NCBI GenBank assembly: GCA_020201435.1
Contig: JAIVGS010000190.1
Location: 1 to 59,163 of the forward strand
DNA length: 59,163 bases
Source of the DNA: Myxococcales bacterium
GTDB lineage: Bacteria; Myxococcota; Myxococcia; Myxococcales; 40CM-4-68-19
Reading direction: 5' to 3'
The position numbers were made by a program, and so were the translations under genes. Below, one piece after another: positions 1 through 9,158 of the stretch. Numbering within the stretch: the stretch's first letter is position 1; every line of letters begins with the position of its first letter. The notes beneath the pieces are model-generated. The model was not told where the DNA came from. It was given only the letters and a program-made list of their open reading frames with translations, and made no database searches.

Positions 1-206
1 GCGCTCGCTTTCAGCGCGGCGTCACGCACGCGCGCATAGCGGACCGGCTTCGGATCGGTCGGACGCAGCTCGTGCCGAAGCGTCGCGACGCCCTGCTCCG
101 CCAGCGCGGCGGCAAACGACTGCATGAAGCCGTTCGCGATTCCGCCGCCCGCGCCCGGCGCGAGAACGTAGATCGCCCACGCGTCCGGCGGCCGCTGCAG
201 AATCAT
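1..206 (-). CDS. alpha/beta-fold hydrolase, N-terminal part (gene continues beyond left edge)
   Basis: Hand translation of the reverse strand from ATG 206..204 gives MILQRPPDAWAIYVLAPGAGGGIANGFMQSFAAALAEQGVATLRHELRPTDPKPVRY. The YVLAPGAGGG..FM...A..LA..G pattern resembles the N-terminus of KANL3/Tex30-type alpha/beta hydrolases. The ATG overlaps the ligD stop as ATGA. It is absent from the ORF track because it is truncated. Confidence 0.4.
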   Translation of the reverse strand, partial: MILQRPPDAWAIYVLAPGAGGGIANGFMQSFAAALAEQGVATLRHELRPTDPKPVRYARVRDAALKAS

Positions 207-2659
207 TTCAACCTCTCCGCCAGCCTGGCGAGCGCTTTTTGCAGATCGGGCTTGAGCACGAGCACCTTCGCCAGCGGATCCTCGCCGAGCTTCTTCATCC
301 GCGCGGGCGCGTTCTTCAGCGTGTACTTCGCGGGATCGAGCCTGCCGCTCACCTCGCTCCATTTGAGCGGCATCGACACCGTCGCTCCCGGCACCGGCCG
401 CGCGCTGAACGGTCCCGCGATCGTCTTGCCGTACCCGTTCTGGTAGCAGTCGAGATAGACGCGCCCCTTGCGCGACGGGATGTGCCGGGCGGTGCTGGAG
501 ATGTCGCCGTGATCCTTCTCGATCGTGCTGGCGATCAGCTCGGCGAGCGTGATCGATTGCGCGTGCGTGAGCTGGCCGCCGAGCGGGATCAGCACGTGCA
601 GACCCTTCTGACCACTGGTCTTGCAGAAGTTCGGCAACCCGATCTCCTCGCACAGCTCGTGCGCGGCGCGGGCGAGCGTCACGACATCCTCGAACGGCGC
701 CGTCTTCGGATCGAGATCGACGATGCACCAATCCGGGTTCTGCAGCGCGCTCAACCGCGCCGACCAGAGGTGCAACGGGATGCTCGCCATGTTGACGACG
801 TAGAGCAGCGACTCGACGTCGTCGCAGACGAAGTAATCGTTCTCCTCGCCGGGAACGCGCGCGGTGCGAATCCAGGCCGGCACGAAATGAGGCGCGTCCT
901 TCTGGTAGAAGCTCTTCCCCGCGATGCCGTCGGGATACCGGGTGAGCATCACCGGGCGATCGCGCAGGTACGGCAAGAGCCACGGCGCAATCGCGCGGTA
1001 ATACTCGATCAGATCGCCCTTCGTGTACTTCTGCTCCGGCCAGAAGATCTTGTCGAGGTTGCTGAACGGCACCTCGCGTTTCACCGACGGCACCGCAGGC
1101 GGCGCCTCCGGCGAAATGCATTCGAGCGGCGCCTTGTCGGTGCGAAATCGCAGGAAGGTCGGCTGCCGCAGAAGACCATCTTCGGTGATTTCCTTATATC
1201 GAACTTCGACGACGAGCTTCGGCTCCACCCAGGTGTTGCCCGAGCCGCCGGGTAGCGGCCCCACGCAGGGCGGTTTCGGCAGCCGCAGCTTCTCGAGATC
1301 TTCTCGCGCCTGCTTGACCTCCTTTTCGCTGAAGCCGCCACCGACCTTTCCGACGTAGAGGAGCTCGCCGTCGCGCGCGACCGCGACATGGACCGAACCG
1401 AATCCGGACCGCGACCCCTCGCCCTTGCTGAAGCCGACCACCGCGAAATCGCCGACGCGGTCGCTGCGGATCTTCTGCCAGTCGCGGAACCGCCCGCCGC
1501 GGTATGGCGACTGCGCGCGCTTCGCGACGATGCCTTCGAGGCCGAGCTCCCTGACGCTGGCGAAGAGCGCGCGCCCGTGGCCCTCGACGTGATCGACCGC
1601 GCGGAGCGGACCGATCGAGGGCACCAGCTTCGCCAGCAGACGCTTCCGGTCGGCGAGCGGCAGCGGCCGCAGGTCGAAGTCCTCGAACGCGAGCAGATCG
1701 AAGAGAAACAGTGTGGCCGGCAACTCCGCCGCTGCGCGGTCGACGTCCCGCGGCGCGGTGAGCAGCGCACGCTTCTGCAGCCGCTGGAAAACGGGCCGCC
1801 CGGTCTCGTCGAGCACGGCGATCTCGCCGTCGGCGACGAAGCGTTCGGCCGGCAGCGACAAGAGAGCGCGCGCGAGGTCGGGAAAGACCGAGGTGGCGTC
1901 CGATCCCCGCCGATAGAAGATGCGCGGCCGCGAATCTTCCCGCGCGACGATCGCGCGAAACCCGTCGTACTTGAGCTCGAACATCCAGTCAGGATCGTCG
2001 AATGCCTCGCGCGCCGGCTCGGCGAGCATCGGCTCCACCTCTTCGCCGCGCACCTCGCGTCGGGGCGCTCCGAGCCGCTCGCATTCGGCCCGAATCTCCG
2101 CCGCGCGCTTTCCGTGCTCGCGCAGCTCCTCGACGCCGAGTCCCGAGAGGATCGAACGATCGTCGTACGGGAACGGCTCGCCGCGGCGAACGTGCCCGTC
2201 TCCCGTCTCCTTGATCAGCAGCCATTCCTTCTGCGACTTCATCCGCACCAGCGTCCACATCCCCTTCAGCTTGAATCCTTTGAGCTCGAACAAGATCTTC
2301 CCGGCCCTCTCGCCCTCGCGCGGATCGCCGACCGGCTGCCATTGCCCGCGGTCCCAGACGATCATCGGCCCCGCGCCGTACTCGCCCGCCGGGATCACGC
2401 CCTCGAAGTCGGCGTACTCCACCGGATGGTCCTCGGTGTGCATCGCCAGCCGCTTCTCGGCCGGATCCGGCGACGGCCCGCGCGGCACGGCCCACGATTT
2501 CAGGACGCCGTCCCACTCGAGGCGCAGGTCGTAGTGCATGCGCGTCGCGGAGTGCTTCTGCACGACGAAAATGCCTGGACGGGGCCCGCCGCCGCCCATC
2601 GGCTCTGGCGTGCGATCGGGCGACCGCTTGCGGCGGTACTCGTCCAGGAAGTTGGCCAT
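203..2659 (-). CDS. ligD: ATP-dependent DNA ligase LigD (phosphoesterase-ligase-polymerase, NHEJ)
   Basis: 883-aa ORF 203..2854. Conserved sequence begins near M66 (LDEYRRKRSPDRTPEP, the LigD 3'-phosphoesterase N-terminus), so the start is set at ATG 2659. PE domain: FVVQKHSATRMHYDLRLE. Ligase adenylation motif: ELKYDGFR. C-terminal primase-polymerase domain: FSNLDKIFWPE..YPDGIAGKSFYQKD. Confidence 0.9.
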   Translation of the reverse strand: MANFLDEYRRKRSPDRTPEPMGGGGPRPGIFVVQKHSATRMHYDLRLEWDGVLKSWAVPRGPSPDPAEKRLAMHTEDHPVEYADFEGVIPAGEYGAGPMIVWDRGQWQPVGDPREGERAGKILFELKGFKLKGMWTLVRMKSQKEWLLIKETGDGHVRRGEPFPYDDRSILSGLGVEELREHGKRAAEIRAECERLGAPRREVRGEEVEPMLAEPAREAFDDPDWMFELKYDGFRAIVAREDSRPRIFYRRGSDATSVFPDLARALLSLPAERFVADGEIAVLDETGRPVFQRLQKRALLTAPRDVDRAAAELPATLFLFDLLAFEDFDLRPLPLADRKRLLAKLVPSIGPLRAVDHVEGHGRALFASVRELGLEGIVAKRAQSPYRGGRFRDWQKIRSDRVGDFAVVGFSKGEGSRSGFGSVHVAVARDGELLYVGKVGGGFSEKEVKQAREDLEKLRLPKPPCVGPLPGGSGNTWVEPKLVVEVRYKEITEDGLLRQPTFLRFRTDKAPLECISPEAPPAVPSVKREVPFSNLDKIFWPEQKYTKGDLIEYYRAIAPWLLPYLRDRPVMLTRYPDGIAGKSFYQKDAPHFVPAWIRTARVPGEENDYFVCDDVESLLYVVNMASIPLHLWSARLSALQNPDWCIVDLDPKTAPFEDVVTLARAAHELCEEIGLPNFCKTSGQKGLHVLIPLGGQLTHAQSITLAELIASTIEKDHGDISSTARHIPSRKGRVYLDCYQNGYGKTIAGPFSARPVPGATVSMPLKWSEVSGRLDPAKYTLKNAPARMKKLGEDPLAKVLVLKPDLQKALARLAERLK

Positions 2660-2687
2660 TTCCCGGGGCAGGTTATCATCCGTGCCC
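2660..2687. promoter_or_regulatory. 28-bp divergent ligD/ku intergenic spacer
   Basis: Only 28 nt separate the best-supported ligD start (2659, minus) and ku start (2688, plus). Promoter elements for each gene must therefore overlap the partner gene. Confidence 0.35.
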
Positions 2688-3563
2688 ATGAGCGCTCGGT
2701 CCATCGCGTCCGGGACCATCTCCTTTGGATTGGTCTCGATCCCCGTGAAGCTGTTTTCGGCGAGCCAGTCGTCCGCCGCCATCTCGTTCAACCTGCTCCA
2801 CTCAAAGTGCAAAGGCCGGCTCAAGCAGCAATACATCTGCCCCCGCGACGACAACGCCCTGGTTTCGCGCGAGGAAATGGTGAAGGGTTACGAGTTCGCC
2901 AAGGATCGCTACGTGACCTTCACCCCGGAAGAGCTGAAGGCCCTCGAGGAGAAATCGACGCAGCAGATCGAGATCGCCGAGTTCGTGCCGAGCGAAAAGA
3001 TCGATCCGGTCTATTTCGACAAGCCGTACTACCTCGGACCCGAGAAAGGCGCCGACCGCGCGTACCGATTGCTCGCCGAGGCGATGCGGCGCAGCGGGCG
3101 CACCGCGCTCGCGCGCTATGCGGCGCGAGGCAAGCAGTATCTCGTCCAGATCCGTCCGCTCCCCGAAGGCGGGCTGGTGATGCAGACGCTGCTCTACGCC
3201 GACGAAGTCCGTCCCTTCTCGGAGGTCGAGTTCGAGAAGGGCGACGTCAAGGACCAGGAACTGGCGCTCGCGCAGCAGATCATCGACCAGATCTCGACCG
3301 ACGAGTTCAAGCCCGAGAAGTTCGAAGACGACGTGCGCAAACGGATCGAAGCGCAGATCCAGCGCAAGGTCGAAGGCCAGGAGATCCAGATCGAGCCGGA
3401 GAAGCCGCAGACGCAGATCATCGATCTGATGGAGGCCTTGAAAGCGTCGTTGGCCGCGAAGGGCCTCGCGCCGCAGAAGGCGCCGGAAGCGGAAGAAGAA
3501 CGGAAGCCGGCCAAGCGGGCGCCTCGTCAGGAACGATCGTCGAAATCGAAGGCCAGCAAGTAG
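2688..3563 (+). CDS. ku: Ku DNA end-binding protein (NHEJ)
   Basis: ORF 2538..3563. Start chosen at ATG 2688, because MSARSIASGTISFGLVSIPVKL is the canonical bacterial Ku N-terminus. Motifs: YVTFTPEEL and PVYFDKPYYLGPEKG. Lys/Glu-rich tail. Divergent from ligD. Confidence 0.93.
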   Translation: MSARSIASGTISFGLVSIPVKLFSASQSSAAISFNLLHSKCKGRLKQQYICPRDDNALVSREEMVKGYEFAKDRYVTFTPEELKALEEKSTQQIEIAEFVPSEKIDPVYFDKPYYLGPEKGADRAYRLLAEAMRRSGRTALARYAARGKQYLVQIRPLPEGGLVMQTLLYADEVRPFSEVEFEKGDVKDQELALAQQIIDQISTDEFKPEKFEDDVRKRIEAQIQRKVEGQEIQIEPEKPQTQIIDLMEALKASLAAKGLAPQKAPEAEEERKPAKRAPRQERSSKSKASK

Positions 3564-3607
3564 CCTCACCCGCGAGCGCGGCCTAACTTCCCCTCGGGGG
3601 AGGGGGC

Positions 3608-5764
3608 ATGCGCTTTGTTCGAATGTGCGCGTGCGGGGCGCTGATCGCCGCCGCATGCGGCGGACGCCGCGACGCTCCGCTCGTCTCGATGACGATCTCG
3701 CCCGCCACCGCCACCGTCGACCAGGGCGGCACGCAAGCGTTCGTCGCCCAGGTGGTCGGCGCCGACCTGCCGGTCGCCTGGTCGCTCGCTGAGGGGCCGA
3801 CGGCGGGCAGCATCGCCGGCGACGGCACCTACAGCGCGCCTCCGGCGCCGGGCTCGTATCACGTCGTCGGGCGGGCGGGTCCGGCGACTGCGACGGCAGT
3901 GGTGACGATTCCGCCGATCACGGTTTCGATCTCACCGGCCTCGGCCGACGTCCTCGCCGGCGGGTCGGTGCAACTGCAATCGAATGTTTCAGGCGCTGTG
4001 GATCGAACCGTGCGCTGGTCGGCGAGCGCCGGGTCCGTCGATGCGACGGGACTTTACACGGCGCCGCTGGGGCCGGGGATTGCTTACGTCGTTGCCACCA
4101 GCCGCGCCGATCGATCGCGCTCGTTCTCCGCGGCGATCAATGTCGTCACGCAGCGGACCCTCTCGATCGATCCGCCGATCGCCGCGCTCGAGCCCGGCGC
4201 TTCGCTGCGATTCAATCCGACCGTCGCGGCGTCGTGGAGCGCGGATGGCGGGACGATCGACGCCGACGGCCTCTACGTCGCTCCGCAGACGCCCGGCTGG
4301 TATCACGTCACCGCCGTCGCCCTCGGCGACGGCTCGCAGCGCGCGACGGCGCAGGTCTACGTCGAACCGAGGGTCACGGTTGCGATTGCGCCCGCGTCAC
4401 CGCGCCTCGAAACCGGCGCGCAACAGCAGTTCGTCGCCGCCGCAGCCGGGAGCGATCCGGGCGTGACCTGGACGGTCCAGGAACCGGTCGGCGGGACCAT
4501 CGACCCGACCGGCCTCTACACCGCGCCGCGGGCGGCAGGTGCTTATCACGTCGTCGCCACCAGCGTCGCCGACCCATCGCGCAGCGCGAGCACCGAAATC
4601 ACGGTCGCGGTTCCGCCGGTTTCGGTGATCCTCTCGCCGGCGGCGATCACCGTGAAGCCGGGCGCGAGTCTGACGTTCAAAGGCGTCGCAGCGGGAGCGC
4701 AGGACACGCGGCTGCACTGGTCGAGCAACTGCTGCAAGGCGATCGCGCAGGACGGGACGTTCACGGCGCCGCTCTGGCCGGGCGCGTATCACCTGATCGC
4801 TCGCAGCGTCGCCGATCCGTCACAGTTCGCCTCCGCGACGATCACGGTCCAGTCGGACGCGCCGATCGATCCCTCCGCGGTGACGCTCGCCGCCGGGGAT
4901 CGGATCGCGTTCACCTCGTCCGATCCGTCTGCGATCTGGTCGCTGCAGGAAGGCGCGCGGGGCGGGACGATCTCGAACGGCGTCTACCAGGCGCCGAGCG
5001 ACCACGGCGGAAGCTTTCACGTCGTCGCGAGCGGGCGGTTCGGGACCACGATCGCGCAGGTCGACGTGCTGCCCGCCGATCTCGTCGATCACGGCGGGAC
5101 GGTCGTCCCGACCACGCGCACCTTCGCGATCTTCTGGGGCGATCCGAACGGTTGGCCCGCCGACGTCCGGCCGGCGCAGGAGGCGATTCTGCGCGGTCTC
5201 GCGGGAAGCGCGTATCTGCGCCTCGGCGACGAATACCTGCGCGGCGCCACCGGTGGCACCTCGTTCGGCGGCACCTTCACCATCCCTTCGAACCCGCCCG
5301 GTTCACCGGACAAGGCGGACAACCAGACCGTCGGGGCCGTCGCGTGCGAGGCATTGAAGGCCGGCGGCGTCACCGTCGCGCCCGGCGACGTCGCCATCGT
5401 CTACGGCTCGGCCCAGCTTTCTCCGGCGCCTTCGTGGTGCGCATGGCACTCGTACTTCACCTGCGGGGGGACCACGCTGCTGATCGCGTTCATCCCCAAC
5501 GTCGCGGGCCCCTACGGGTGCGTCAAGCTCGGCGCGAACGCAGGCTGCAACTTGCTGTCCGAAGACGCCAACGCGACCGGCTCGCTCGCAGCCCACGAGC
5601 TGCTCGAAGCGATGACCGATCCGCTGCTGAGCGCGTGGACCGACGCGGCCGGCGGCGAGATCGGCGACAAGTGCGAAGAGCAGACGCGCTGCATCGCGCT
5701 GTCGACCGGATCGTTCCAGCTGCAGACCGAATACTCGAACGCGATCCACGCCTGCGTGCCTTGA
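3608..5764 (+). CDS. probable lipoprotein with six Ig-like repeats and a Cys-containing C-terminal domain
   Basis: The N-terminus MRFVRMCACGALIAAACGG is a lipoprotein-type signal. Six repeats each end in a G(T/L)Y(T/S/V)AP..PG.YHVV motif. The C-terminal ~230 aa carry HGGTVVP..FAIFWGD, CAWHSYFTCGG and AAHELLEAMTDP. GGAGGGGG precedes the ATG. Confidence 0.8.
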   Translation: MRFVRMCACGALIAAACGGRRDAPLVSMTISPATATVDQGGTQAFVAQVVGADLPVAWSLAEGPTAGSIAGDGTYSAPPAPGSYHVVGRAGPATATAVVTIPPITVSISPASADVLAGGSVQLQSNVSGAVDRTVRWSASAGSVDATGLYTAPLGPGIAYVVATSRADRSRSFSAAINVVTQRTLSIDPPIAALEPGASLRFNPTVAASWSADGGTIDADGLYVAPQTPGWYHVTAVALGDGSQRATAQVYVEPRVTVAIAPASPRLETGAQQQFVAAAAGSDPGVTWTVQEPVGGTIDPTGLYTAPRAAGAYHVVATSVADPSRSASTEITVAVPPVSVILSPAAITVKPGASLTFKGVAAGAQDTRLHWSSNCCKAIAQDGTFTAPLWPGAYHLIARSVADPSQFASATITVQSDAPIDPSAVTLAAGDRIAFTSSDPSAIWSLQEGARGGTISNGVYQAPSDHGGSFHVVASGRFGTTIAQVDVLPADLVDHGGTVVPTTRTFAIFWGDPNGWPADVRPAQEAILRGLAGSAYLRLGDEYLRGATGGTSFGGTFTIPSNPPGSPDKADNQTVGAVACEALKAGGVTVAPGDVAIVYGSAQLSPAPSWCAWHSYFTCGGTTLLIAFIPNVAGPYGCVKLGANAGCNLLSEDANATGSLAAHELLEAMTDPLLSAWTDAAGGEIGDKCEEQTRCIALSTGSFQLQTEYSNAIHACVP
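3680..5080 (+). repeat. six tandem ~75-80-codon Ig-like coding repeats
   Basis: Recurrent peptides at roughly 75-80 aa spacing: DGTYSAPPAPGSYHVVGRA, TGLYTAPLGPGIAYVVATS, DGLYVAPQTPGWYHVTAVA, TGLYTAPRAAGAYHVVATS, DGTFTAPLWPGAYHLIARS, NGVYQAPSDHGGSFHVVAS. Confidence 0.75.
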
Positions 5765-5779
5765 GCGATCCGGCGCTCC

Positions 5780-6604
5780 GTGCCATGGATGGCGCGGATG
5801 AGCGGCTACGGCGCGCGCGAAGTGGCGAAGATGCTCGGGCTCTCGGTGGGCCAGGTGCGCGCGTACGTCCGCGCCGGTTTTCTCGAGCCCTCGCGCGGTC
5901 CGCGCGGCGAGCTGCGCTTTTCGTTCCAGGACCTGGTGCTACTGCGCACCGCGCAGGGGCTGGTCTCGGCGCGCATCGCGCCACGGCGCGTGCGGAGCGC
6001 GCTGCGCAAGCTGAAAGAGCAGCTCCCTGAAGGACGCCCGCTGCGCGGCGTGCACATCCACGCCGAGGGAGATCGGATCGTCGTCGGCGACGGGCGCGCG
6101 CAGTGGAGCCCCGAATCGGGGCAATTCCTGTTCGACTTCGGCGCGCGAGAGCTGGCGCGCAAAGTGGCGCCGCTGCACATGCGCGCCCGCGGCGGCGATG
6201 CGATCGACTGGTACGAGCGCGCGTGCGATCTCGAGGAGGCCGCGCCGGACGACGCCTGCGATGCGTACCGGCGCGCGCTCGAGCTCGATCCCGATCTCGC
6301 CGACGCATGGGTGAATCTCGGCCGGCTGCTGCACGAAGCCGGCGACACGCGCGCGGCTGCGGAACATTACCGCCGCGCGATCGAGCTCAAACCCGACAGC
6401 GTGATCGCGCTCTTCAATCTCGGCGTCGCCCTGACCGATCTGCGCATGCCCGACGAAGCGATCCTCGCGTACCGAACTGCGCTGGCCGCCGATCCCGGAT
6501 GCGCCGACGCGCACTACAACCTCGCCCACCTGTACGAGCGCCGCGGCGATCCGGCGGCTGCGCTTCGTCATCTGCGCACCTACCGCAAGCTGGTGCAGGC
6601 GTGA
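5780..6604 (+). CDS. MerR-family HTH protein with C-terminal TPR repeats
   Basis: The MerR-like HTH region is YGAREVAKMLGLSVGQVRAYVRAGFLEP...FSFQDLVLLRTAQGL. It is followed by about 4 TPR units (AWVNLGRLLHEAGDTRAAAEHYRRAIELKPD, ALFNLGVAL.., AHYNLAHLYERRGD). The start could be one of three ATGs at 5780-5798. Confidence 0.8.
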   Translation: MPWMARMSGYGAREVAKMLGLSVGQVRAYVRAGFLEPSRGPRGELRFSFQDLVLLRTAQGLVSARIAPRRVRSALRKLKEQLPEGRPLRGVHIHAEGDRIVVGDGRAQWSPESGQFLFDFGARELARKVAPLHMRARGGDAIDWYERACDLEEAAPDDACDAYRRALELDPDLADAWVNLGRLLHEAGDTRAAAEHYRRAIELKPDSVIALFNLGVALTDLRMPDEAILAYRTALAADPGCADAHYNLAHLYERRGDPAAALRHLRTYRKLVQA

Positions 6605-7296
6605 TCCACGTCGGCACCAGCGGGTACAACTACGAGGCCTGGCGGGGCACGTTCTATCCCGAGGATCTCTCGTCGAAGAAGATGCTCGGGTATTACGCGG
6701 AGCGTTTTTCCACGGTCGAGATCAACTATTCGTTCTACCGAAAGCCGACGCCGAAGATCCTCCAGGGCTGGTCCGCCCAGGTGCCGCCCGGGTTCCGCTT
6801 CGCGCTGAAGGCCTGGCAGCGGATCACGCACCAGAAGCGCCTGCGCGAGGCCGAGGATTTCGTCGACGCGTTCGCCGAAGTCGCGCGCACGCTGGGACCG
6901 CAGCTTGCGCCCGTCCTGTACCAGCTGCCGCCGAATCTGAAGGCCGACATGCCGCTCTTGCGGGAGTTCCTGATGCATCTCCCCAAGGACCTCCGCGCCG
7001 CGTTCGAGTTCCGCCACGAGTCGTGGTTCGACGACGCGACGTACCTGGCGCTGCGCGAGCACCGCGCGGCGCTGTGCATCGCCGAGAGCGAAGAGCTGTC
7101 GACGCCGGAGGTCGCGACGGCGCCGTACGGTTACTTTCGGCTGCGCCGGCTCGACTACGACGCGGCTGCGCTGCGCAGATGGGCGGAGACGATCCAGGCG
7201 CTGCGCTTCGCCGACGACGTCTTCGTCTATTTCAAGCATGAAGACGAAGCCCGCGGCCCCGCTTTCGCCCGCGACTTCCTCCCGCTGATCGCCTGA
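6601..7296 (+). CDS. DUF72 (UPF0759/YecE-like) protein
   Basis: This is the in-frame distal part of ORF 6103..7296. GTG 6601 overlaps the preceding stop as GTGA. VIHVGTSGYNYEAWRGTFYPEDL..YYAERFSTVEINYSFY..VFVYFKHEDEARGP is a typical DUF72 pattern. The upstream part of the ORF is Arg-rich nonsense. Confidence 0.85.
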   Translation: MIHVGTSGYNYEAWRGTFYPEDLSSKKMLGYYAERFSTVEINYSFYRKPTPKILQGWSAQVPPGFRFALKAWQRITHQKRLREAEDFVDAFAEVARTLGPQLAPVLYQLPPNLKADMPLLREFLMHLPKDLRAAFEFRHESWFDDATYLALREHRAALCIAESEELSTPEVATAPYGYFRLRRLDYDAAALRRWAETIQALRFADDVFVYFKHEDEARGPAFARDFLPLIA

Positions 7297-7304
7297 GGTG
7301 AGAC

Positions 7305-8462
7305 ATGGAGACGATGGATCTCGAGCAGCTCATCGGATGGGATTCGCTGTTGAACGACGACGAGCGCGCCGTCCGCGCGAGCGTGCGCCGGCTGGTGCGC
7401 GAGAAGTTCATGCCGCGCATCGTGGCCGATTACGAGGGCGGCCGCTTTGCCATCGAGCTCCTGCCCGAGCTCGCCCGCCTCGGCCTGCTCGGCGCGAATC
7501 TGGAGGGTTACGGCTGTGCCGGCATGGGCTCCCTCGCGTACGGTCTCGCTTGCCACGAGCTCGAGTCGTGTGACTCAGGCCTGCGATCGTTCGTCTCGGT
7601 GCAGACCAGCCTCGCGATGTACGCGATCCACAAGTTCGGCTCCGAGCGGCAGAAGCAGAGGTGGTTGCCGGAGATGGCCGCCGGTCGCGTGCTCGGTTGC
7701 TTCGGGCTCACCGAGCCGAACCACGGGTCCGATCCGGGCGGCATGGAGACGCGGGCCGAGCGCGACGGCGCCGACTGGATCGTCAGCGGCCGCAAGCTCT
7801 GGATCACCAACGCGCAGATCGCGCACGTCGCGATCGTCTGGGCGCGGACCAGGGACGGAATCGGCGGCTTCATCGTCGAGCGCGGCCAGTTCGCGAGCGA
7901 GGAGATCCCGCACAAGCTGTCGATGCGCGCGTCGATCACCGGCGGGCTGGTGATGGACGGAGCCCGCGTGCCCGACGAAAACCGGCTGCCGGAAGCCGCG
8001 GGCCTCAAGGCGCCTTTGAGCTGTCTCGACAACGCTCGATTCGGCGTCGCCTGGGGCGTCCTCGGCGCCGCGCGCGCCTGTCTCGAGATCGCGATCCAGT
8101 ACGCGCGCGAGCGCACGCAGTTCGGCGTGCCGATCGCCGCGAAGCAGCTGGTGCAGCTCGAATTGGCGGACATCGCCACCGAGGTCGTGAAAGCGTCTTT
8201 GCTCGCCGTGCACTACGCGCGGCTGAAAGAGGCCGGCAGGCTGCATCCCGCGCAGACGAGCCTGCTCAAGCGCAACAATTGCCGCATCGCGCTCGAGGCT
8301 GCGCGGCGATCGCGCGCGGTTTTGGGAGCGAACGGTATCGCCGGCGAGTTCCACGTCCTGCGGCACGCCGCGAATCTCGAGTCGACCTTCACCTACGAGG
8401 GCACCGATCAGATCCACACGCTGTCGATCGGGCGCGCCCTCACCGGTTCGGCGGCGTTCTGA
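7305..8462 (+). CDS. gcdH: glutaryl-CoA dehydrogenase
   Basis: The 385-aa protein aligns along its length with my recollection of GCDH: GLTEPNHGSDPGGMETRA, LWITNA, LKRNNCRIALEAARRSRAVLGANGI, NLESTFTYEGTDQIHTLSIGRALTG. Confidence 0.88.
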   Translation: METMDLEQLIGWDSLLNDDERAVRASVRRLVREKFMPRIVADYEGGRFAIELLPELARLGLLGANLEGYGCAGMGSLAYGLACHELESCDSGLRSFVSVQTSLAMYAIHKFGSERQKQRWLPEMAAGRVLGCFGLTEPNHGSDPGGMETRAERDGADWIVSGRKLWITNAQIAHVAIVWARTRDGIGGFIVERGQFASEEIPHKLSMRASITGGLVMDGARVPDENRLPEAAGLKAPLSCLDNARFGVAWGVLGAARACLEIAIQYARERTQFGVPIAAKQLVQLELADIATEVVKASLLAVHYARLKEAGRLHPAQTSLLKRNNCRIALEAARRSRAVLGANGIAGEFHVLRHAANLESTFTYEGTDQIHTLSIGRALTGSAAF

Positions 8463-8465
8463 CGC

Positions 8466-9158
8466 TCACGCCCGAAGCAGCGCGAGATTTTCTTCCGAAC
8501 GAGCGCGCCAATCGCCTGCGGTGCCGGAAAAGACGATCCGACCCTTGACCATGATCAGGTGGCGATCTCCGATCTCGAGCAGCGCGCGGACCTCCTTGTC
8601 GACGATCAGCGCCGCGGTTCCCTCCCCGCGCAGCTGGCGCACCGCCGACCAGATCTCTTGACGCACGAGCGGCGCGAGCCCCTCCGTCGCGCCATCGAGG
8701 ACGATCAGGGACGGATTGGTCAGGAGCGCGCGAGCGATGCTCAACATCTGCTGCTCGCCGCCCGAGAGCTGCGCCCCGAGATGGTCGAGCCGCTCGCCGA
8801 GCCGGGGAAAGAGTCGCAGAACGCGATCGATCGTCCACCGCCCCGGCCGCGCCGAGACGAGGAGATTTTCCCGCGCGGTCAGCGTCGGAAAGATGCCCCG
8901 CCCCTCCGGCACCAGCGCGATCCCTTCCCGCGCGATGCGATGGGCGGGCCATCGCGTCACCGTCGTGCCGCGCACCCGCACCTCGCCGGATCGCGGCGGC
9001 GTCAGGCCGAGCGCGCTGCGGATGGTGGTCGTCTTGCCCATCCCGTTGCGGCCCATCAGCGTGACGGTCTCGCCGGCGTTTACCGAGAGGCTCACGCCGT
9101 GCAGCACGTGGCTCTCGCCGTAGAAGGTGTGCAGATCGATCAGCTCGAGCAGCTTCAC
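8466..9158 (-). CDS. livF: branched-chain amino acid-type ABC transporter ATP-binding protein (LivF-like)
   Basis: Distal part of ORF 8466..9593. GTG 9158 overlaps the livG stop as GTGA. Walker A GRNGMGKTT, signature LSGGEQQML, Walker B LIVLD. Confidence 0.88.
   Translation of the reverse strand: MKLLELIDLHTFYGESHVLHGVSLSVNAGETVTLMGRNGMGKTTTIRSALGLTPPRSGEVRVRGTTVTRWPAHRIAREGIALVPEGRGIFPTLTARENLLVSARPGRWTIDRVLRLFPRLGERLDHLGAQLSGGEQQMLSIARALLTNPSLIVLDGATEGLAPLVRQEIWSAVRQLRGEGTAALIVDKEVRALLEIGDRHLIMVKGRIVFSGTAGDWRARSEENLALLRA

Noticed and set aside
5560-5640. AAHELLEAMTDP in the Ig-repeat lipoprotein as a zinc-metalloprotease HExxH site
   Set aside because: The motif is HELLE (HExxE), not HExxH, and no downstream third ligand pattern is evident. 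I do not call it a protease.
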